From Magnetococcales bacterium (lineage in GTDB: Bacteria; Pseudomonadota; Magnetococcia; Magnetococcales; JADGCH01): a stretch of DNA of 39,222 nucleotides. The position numbers were made by a program, and so were the translations under genes. A model generated the notes under the pieces. It saw nothing but the letters and a program-made list of their open reading frames with translations. It made no database searches and was not told the DNA's origin. Location of the stretch: contig JADGCM010000002.1 in assembly GCA_015228995.1 (NCBI GenBank), forward strand, positions 1 through 39,222, written 5' to 3'. Shown one piece after another: positions 29,401 through 38,400 of the stretch (position 1 is the stretch's first letter; each line of letters opens with the position of its first letter).

Positions 29401-32400
29401 GCTGCTGCCGTCAAATAGGGCCACTTTAGCCCCGCTTTCACCGCTACCGGTTACGGTTAGGCTGGTTTTGTTGGTGACGCCATCACCGATAAACCCGCTG
29501 TCATCGCTCGGCAGCAGGGCTAGGTCGGTGGGGCGGGGCGTTATCGTTCCGGAGCCAATGGTGACCGGCAGCGTTACCAAGGATTTACTGACATTACCGG
29601 CTAAGTCGCTTTGGATCGCTTTGAAGCTATATTTGCCGTCAGGGAGATCGATGCCGACGGACCAAATACCCACTTCATTGACGGTAAGTCCCTCTTCTGA
29701 GACCACTTCACCCTCATCGGCCCGGCCGTTAGCATTGCTATCGTTGAACAGGGTCAGGATGGCCCAAGATTCACCTCTACCGCTGACTTCGTTGGTGCTG
29801 CTGCTATATCTTAAGTTGCTCGGGGCTGCCGGAGCGGTGGTGTCGATGCTGACGCTCAGTGCTGGTGATGCTTCGCTCCATTCGCCGTCAATCAGCTGTT
29901 TAGCGGTTAGGGTATGGGCTCCTTGGCTCAAGCCAGAGAGCTTAATGCTCCAATCCCCAGCTGCGGTGATGGTTGCGGTGCCTTTGCTGCTACTGCCGTC
30001 GAATAGGGCCACTTTAGCCCCACTTTCACCACTACCTGTCACGGTTAAACTGCTCTTATTGGTGACGCCATCGCCAACCACACCGCTATCATCGCTCGGC
30101 AGCAAGGCCAAATTAGTGGGAGTTGATAGCGGCGAATAAACAAAGTTCAAGTTGACCGTAGCGGCGTTGCTACTCCACTTGCTACCATCGAAAGCCTGCC
30201 ATTGAAAGCTGGGGCTGCTGTCGGCACTGGCCACCGGCACCAATTTCAAGTTGCCAAGATTGCCGGCCGTAATCTCCTGGTCGAGCTTGACGGCACTGCT
30301 GCTCAGTTGCAATGTCCCACTGTCGGGTAAGCCGGTGATTTTGATTTTAGTCAGGCCACTGCCCTCAATATCGCTATACTGATCGGTAAAGTCGCTGCTG
30401 GTGAAGGCGAGGGCACTGTTGCTGAGGCCGTTTTTGCTGAAGCCAGTGACCGTCGGTGCGTCATTGACCGGATTGACAGCGATGGTCACCGTGGCGGCGC
30501 TATTGGCGTAGACCGTGCCATCATAACCATTCCAGCCGAAGCTATCGCTACCGCTCCAGTTGCTGTTGGGGGCATAACTCAAACTACCAAGGTTGGCAGC
30601 GACGATCTCCTGATTAAGCGTCACCGCTGCACCGCTCAACCGTAAAGTGCCGTTGCTGGGCAAGCTGGTAATTTTAATTTTATTTAGCGTATTGCTGTCC
30701 GGGTCGCTGAATTTATCGCTAAAGTTGGTAGTGGTGAAGGTGATGGTGCTGTCTTCATCGCCATTTTTACTTAAGTTGCTGACGGTCGGGGCTTTGTTGG
30801 TTGATTGCACAACAACGGTCAATGCACTTGATGCCGCGCTCATATTCCCTATCACATCGGTCTGTATAGCCCTGATGGCATGCGTTCCCGCTACCAGGCT
30901 GATATCGGCACTCCACGTTGCTGCTATCAGGCTGGTGGTGGCCAATGCCTCGTCGCTATCGATTGTACTATTGTCGTTGGCATCGTCGAACAGCACCAGC
31001 TTATTGCCAGCCATACCACCACTGCCGCTGATGGTCAGGGCGCTGGTTTGGAAAGTGATGTTGTCGGAATTAGAGATGTCGTTGTCGTCAGCCGCCGCCA
31101 GATCAAGAGCCAACGGAATAGGAATGGTTGTTGTGCTCACAATAAAAATATCCGTTGTACCATTGGTATCGTCGGAGACCAAATTACTAGCACTGCTCGC
31201 AAACGCCACAAAGCGGCCATCACCAGAGATGGAGAGTTCGTGGGAGTGACCATTACTCTGAAAACCATTGCTAGCGGTACTGACACGGCTGATTTTGTAG
31301 AGGCTACGATCATAGACAAAGATATCAGCATAGCCATTACTATCTCCGGATACCAGACCAGGGTCCCATATATAATCCCCACTCGCAAACGCCACGAAGC
31401 GGCCATCGTCAGAAATAGAGGGATTGTAGGAGCCGCCAAAGCTTTGAGCGCCTTTGCTGCTGATGTTGACACGGCTGGTGGTGCTGGTGGCACGATCATA
31501 GACAAATATATCACTGCCGAAATTGGTGTCACCGGGAACCAAATTGCTGGCATGACTACTAAATGCCACGAAGCGACCATCGGCTGAGATAGAAGGGGAG
31601 GATCCATGAGTCCGAGAATCTTCTCCGCTGTAAGTCCCAGAGTGGCCATTACCCTGAGTGCCATCACTGGCAACGCTGACACGGACGGTGATACCGGTGC
31701 TGCGATCGGAGACAAACGCATCTACCGCACCATTGGTATCTCCAGAGACCAGATCGCTGGCATCACTATAAAAAGCCACCAAGCGGCCATCGGCCGACAT
31801 GGAAGGGTCGCGGGGGTAGCCATCGCTGACCAGTCTGGTTTGCTTGAGGGAGAGATCATAAACAAATACATCAGGCGCACCATTGCTGTCCCCATAGACT
31901 AAATTGTTGGCATCACTCGTAAACGCCACAAACAAACCATCTGTCGACAGGATGGGGTTATAAGAACTCCCATTGCTCTGTGTGCCATCACTAGCAACGC
32001 TGACGCGCTGGATAGGAAATTGCGCTGATTGGACACCACCGGTGGCCACCACAATCGTCAACGCCGTTGAGGCAACGCTGCCATTTCCCGCCATATCGGT
32101 CTGCACTGCCTTGATGGCATGGGACCCCGCAGCTAACGCAATATCGGCACTCCACGTTGCACCGGTGATGCTAGTGGTGGCCAGGGCCTCGCCACTATCG
32201 ATGATGCCATCGTTATTCCTATCATCAAACAGCACCAGTGTCGTCCCGACTTCACCGTCGCTGCCGCTGATGGTGAGGGCGCTGGTTTGGGTGGTAACGT
32301 TGTCGGAGTTGGAAGTGCCGCTGTCGTCTGCGGTGGCGAGGTCGAGGCTAGCCGGAGCAACGGGCGCGGTATTATCCAGCGTAAACACCAACGCTGTCGA

Positions 32401-35400
32401 GGAGACGCTGCTGTTGCCAGCCGTGTCAATCTGACGCACGTAGACGGTGTTGCTGCCCGTTGTGGCTGTGAACGAGCCGCTCCAATTGCTACCGTTGGTG
32501 CTGTACTGCACCGTAGCACTGCTTTCGGTACCAGTGACCGTGACGACACCGGTACGGCTAATCTTGTCGTTAGCACTGCTACCGGTATCGTTGGTGAGGG
32601 CCACTGTTGGAGTGGCCGGGGCAGTGGTGTCTACTGTCACCGTCAACGCCGCTGACACCGCGCTCATATTTCCCGCCGCATTGCGCTGAATGGCCCTGAT
32701 GGTATGTGTCCCCGCCGCTAAATTAATATCGGCACTCCAAGCTGCTGCTGTCAGGCTGGTGGTGACCAGGGCTTCGCCGTTGTCAATCACACTATCGTTG
32801 TTTTTGTCGTTGAACAACACCAGCTTGTTGCCAGACACACCACCACTGCCGCTAATAGTCAAAGCATTGCTGTTTTTGGTGATGTTGTCGAAATTGTCAC
32901 CGCCGCTATCATCAACGTCGGCAAGGTCAAGACTGGTGGGAGTTGTTGGTAGAGCGATACCAGCATAGAGCACACTCTCGACATTTAGCGCTGTGATCGG
33001 ACTACTGCCCAGCACAACCACCGTATCGGCACCGTTTGAGCCGATAATATTCTCGACGTTAGTGACGTAAATCACGCCACCGGTCAGCAATGCCACGGTA
33101 TCCGCACCAGTCGACCCGAGTAATGAATCGACTTCAGACATCCGCACAACTCCGGCGGTGAGCAGCGTTACCGTATCAGTGGCACCATTGGCACTGAACA
33201 AGGTATCAATGTTCGAAACCGCTATGACACTGCTAGTCAGCAGTGTCATGGTGTCGGCAGAGTAAGTGGTGCCAATCAATGAATTGATACCAGAAGTCAT
33301 CACTGCACTACTAGTCAGTAAGGTCACCGTGTCAGTGGCGTTGCTGACACTGATGAGTGAGTCAACACCCGATACCACTGTCTTGCTGCTAGTCAGCAGC
33401 GTCACGGTCTCGTTGGCACTGCTGCCGATGATCGAGTCAACTTGGGAGACAGTCAATCTGCCACCGGTCAGCATCACTACGGTATCGGTAGCACCAGCAA
33501 CACTCATCAACGACTCAATATTAGAAATTATTACGTGGTGACCAGTCAGCAGAGCCACCGTATCGGTAACACCAGCATTGCTGATCAGGGTATCGATACT
33601 TGATACCACCGACTTGCCGCTGCTCAGCAGTGTCACCGTCTCGATACCAGAGGCTCCCAGTACTGTTTCAACGCCAGATATATTCATGGCACCGCTGCCA
33701 TTATTCATAACGATCACGGTGTCAGTTCCATCCGTGCCCAGCACCGATTCGCCTGGAGTAAACGCCATGCTGGCGTTGAGGGACACCTGGAAGGCGTCGG
33801 CAACGACTATCTGGAGAGAAGCAGCACTGGCCGCGCTCACATTCCCCGCCGCATCGGTCTGGATGGCCTTGATGGCGTGCGTGCCCGCCGTCAAGCTGAT
33901 ATCAGCACTCCATGCCGCCGCTGTCAGGTTGGTAATAGCCAGGGCCTCGCCACTGTCGATGACGCCGTCGTTGTCTTTATCGTCAAATAGCACCAAGGAA
34001 GCCCCAACTTCACCCGTACCGCTGATGGTCAGGGCGCTGGTTTGGCTGGTGATGTTGTCGGAGTTGGAAGCACCGGTGTCGTCGGTGGCGGCTAAATCTA
34101 GGAAGTTATTTACTGTGGTGATGGTAGCGTTAAAGCCTGTGGCATCGCCATTTCCCCAACCTGCGTCATTTACCCCAAACAAAAGCACATCGCCAACTTG
34201 AAGGTCCAAAGATTGTTCAAATGTGAATGTACCCCTTGGCCCTACGTGTTGTTGTACCAATTGCGTTGAGTTGCTAAATATCAAAGCATCTACGCCGCCA
34301 GTGTAACTACCACCATCCAATGCGAAGATACTAGAGACATTGTAAGTGGCCGTGGCAGGAGCTACCCACTTGATGATGACATCGCTACGAGTACTGTTCC
34401 CGGCTGGATGGACAACAAGAAGACCGCCAGGGGTGTTGTTTGCGACATTAGTTGTCCATTCTGAGAAAAATCCGCCCGATCCAGCTATTATTTTTTTTGC
34501 TACCGCTGGTAACCCAGAATCAACCCATCCCTGACTACTCGACCAGTATATATTGGCTGAGTCGCTGTTGTAATTACCAAGAGGTAAAAAGCTGTTTCCT
34601 GTTTTACCCTCACCATAACGCCATATTCCGGTATTAGAACTGGTAGTTGAAAAATCGGCCAAGGCATTATAGGTGGAGGCTGCCCCTAATTGTGACGGTG
34701 CCGTCGTATCTACCGTCACACTCAACGCCGTCGACGCGGTACTGCTGTTGCCGGCCACGTCGGTCTGGATGGCCTTGATGGCGTGCGTGCCGTTGGCTAG
34801 GCTGATATCGGTACTCCACGCTGCTGCTGTCAGTCTGGTGGTGACCAGGGCCTCGCTACCGTCGATGACGCCGTCGTTGTCTTTGTCGTTGAACAGCACC
34901 AAGGAAGCCCCAACTTCACCCGTACCACTGATGGTCAGGGCGCTGGTTTGGCTGGTGATGTTGTCGGAGTTGGAGGTGCCGGTGTCGTCAGCGGCGGCGA
35001 GGTCGAGGTTGGTCGGTTGAGGAGGTGCAAACCCGCCAGATGTTGTACTCAGCAGCACTGAGACGCTATTAGCGTTAACATTAGCACTGACGATATCCAA
35101 GAGACCATCGCTGTTGAAATCAGCGCTGGTGACGGAGGCAGGGCCACTACCTACGGCATAGTTAACGGCAGTGGCGAAACCGCCGGAGGCTTGACCGAGC
35201 AGCACCGAGACGTCACTACTGCCCCAATTAGCACTAATAATATCCAAGAATCCATCACCGTTGATATCAGCACTGGTAACTCCGCAAGGATTACCACCGA
35301 CGGCATAGTTAACGGCTTGGGCGAAGCCACCGGAAGCTTGACCGAGCAGCACTGAAACGCCACCACCCCAATTGGCACTAACAATATCCAAGTATCCATC

Positions 35401-38400
35401 GCTGTTGATATCAGCGCTGGTGACGGAGATAGGGCTGCTACCGACAGCATAGTTGGCGGCGGCAGCGAAGCCACCGGAGGCTTGACTGAGCAGTACCGAG
35501 ACGTCATTACTGTTAAAATTAGTGCTGGCGATATCGACGCGGCCATCGCCGTTGAAATCAGCGCTTGTGACTCCCCAAGGGTTATTACCGACAGCATAGT
35601 TAGCGGCGGCGGCGAAGCCACCGGCGGCTTGACCGAGCAGTACCGAGACGTTATTGCTGTCAAAATTAGCGCTGACGATATCGACGCGGCCATCACCGTT
35701 GACATCAGCGCTGGCGACAGATTGGGGTTGACTCCCAACGCCATAGTTAACGGCGGCGGCGAAGCCACCGGATGCTTGACCGAGCAACACCGAGATGCTG
35801 GCACTGCCTCTATTAGCACTGACGATATCAATGCGGCCATCGCCGTTGAAATCAGCGCTGGTGACGGAAAGAGAGTAACTATCGACGGCATAATTAACGG
35901 CGGCAGCGAAGCTACCGGAGACTTGACCGAGCAGCACCGAAACGTTATGATCGAACTCCGTAGCGCAAGCGATGTCAATGCGGCCATCGCCGTTGAAGTC
36001 AGCGCTGGTGATTCCACGAGGACCACCACCAACGGCATAGTTAACGGTTGTGGCGAAGGAGAGGGGGGATGACACGGCCGATTGCACCGTGATGGCCAGC
36101 GCACTCGATGCCTCGCTGCTATTGCCTGCCACATCGGTCTGGATGGCTTTGATGCTATGTGTGCCGTTAGCCAAGCTGATATCAGCACTCCAGGCCGCTG
36201 CTGTGATCGTGGTGGTGACTAATACTTCGCCACCATCAACCCAACTGTTGCTGTTTTTGTCGTCAAACAGCACCAACGAGCCCCCCACTTCGCCACCACT
36301 GCCATTGATGGTAAGAGCGTTGGTGTTTTTGGTGATGTTATCGCTATCGGAGGCGCCGCTGTCATCAGCGGCGGCGAGATCAAGGCTGGTGGGGGCAGTG
36401 GGAACGGTATAATCTAGCGTAAAGGTCAACGCCGCCGACACCGTGCTGCTGTTGCCCGCCGCATCGGTCTGCACCGCCTTGATGGCATGCGTGCCGCTGG
36501 CTAGGCTGATATCGGCACTCCAAGTTGCTGCGGTCAGGCTGGTGGTGACCAGGGCTTCGCCGCTGTCGATAACACCGTCGTTGTCTTTGTCGTCAAATAG
36601 CACTAGCTTATTACCAGCCATGCCACCGCCGCCGCTGATGGTCAGGGCGCTGGTGTTTTTGGTGATGTTGTCGCTGTTGGAAGTGCCGGTGTCATCAGCG
36701 GCGGCGAGGTCGAGAGATACGGGGACATACGGAAAAGCAGAACCTATCTCAAGAATGAAATTTTTAACTGAAGAATTATTAGAAACATCATTCCAAAGAT
36801 ACCCGTCACTGTTTTGTCCCCATACACTACTATAAAATCCAATACTTGGACCAACAGCTTGCAAGAAGTGCTCAGTTCCTCCGTCATTATCGGGTTGAGA
36901 ATGCGGGCCTGAATACCAGTTAGTATAGCTCCAGGACTCTCCCGTCACCCATGCCCAACCACCATTAGGTTCTCCAACTCCGGGATTTGGTTGATAACCT
37001 CCTAACCAGTAGTATGAAGAGCTATCATTATATAGTGATGAAATGAACTTATTTTCTTCCGACGATGTAATCGTGGCTAAATAGCCCCCCATGGCTTCTG
37101 CCTGGTTTTTTGCATCAGTCCACGATATATCTTCTGAAGTATGTACCAATTTATAAGTATGCCCATTAAAATTATTAATAGAAATAACGGTATAAATCTG
37201 TCCAATAGTAACGCTCAACGCCGTCGATGCCGTGCTGCTGTTGCCCGCCACATCGGTCTGCACCGCCTTGATGGCATGGCTGCCAGACGCCAAGCTGATA
37301 TCGGCACTCCAGGTTGCTGCTGTCAGGCTGGTGGTGGTCAGGGCTTCGCCGCTGTCGATGACGCCATCGTTATCTTTGTCGTCAAATAGCACCAAGGAAG
37401 CCCCAACTTCACCCGTACCACTAATGGTTAAAGCGCTGGTTTGGCTGGTGATGTTGTCGGAGTTGGATGTGCCGGTGTCGTCTGCAGCGGCTAAATCAAG
37501 GCCGGCCGGGGCCGATGGGGCAGTGGTGTCTGGGGTAAAGGTTACCAGACTTTCGATATCAACCAACGTCGGTACGCCTGCCCCGGGGGTGATGATAACG
37601 GTGTCAACTCCAGAACTGCCGACGACACTCTCGATGTTGGTGACATAGATGATGCCGTTGGTCATCAATGTTAGCGTGTCGGTACCAGCTGAACCAACGA
37701 CCGTGTCAATACTATTTACAACCATAGAGGCACTGGTCAACATCACGACGGTATCTGTGGTAGAGAGCGTTCCAATAATGGAATCGATGCTTGAGACAGT
37801 GATTTTGTTGCTGGTCAGTAATCCAATGGTATCGGTGACACCACTATGGCTCAGGACCGAATCAACCCCTGAGACTATCACAGAACTACTCGTGAGCAGG
37901 TTAATCGTATCGACAATACCGTTGGGACTGATGATGGAGTCTACAGAAAAATAGAACGACGCACGGCTGCTCAATAATGTGACCGTGTCGGTGGCACCAA
38001 AACGGCTAACGATCGTATCTACGGACGCAGCTGATAGAGAGGCACTGGTGAGCAGAACTACCGTATCAGTGGCACCGCCGCCACTGATCAACGAATCGAC
38101 AGAGGATAGCATGACGATGGTACCGGTCAGCAACGTCACGGTGTCGGTGACACCACTGTTGCTGTATATTCTGTCTATATTGGAGGTTGCCAAGAGACTG
38201 CTGGTCAGCAGGTAGACAGTGTCGGTACTGTTGGTACCAGTCAACGTATCGACACCCGACACAGCCAATATCTGGGAAGTCAGCAACGTCACCGTATCGG
38301 TGGCACCCCTGGCACTGATGATCGAGTCAACATCAAAGAAAACCGCTACGCCACTGGTCAACAGCGTTAGCGTGTCGGTGGCCCCACTGGGGCTGATGAC

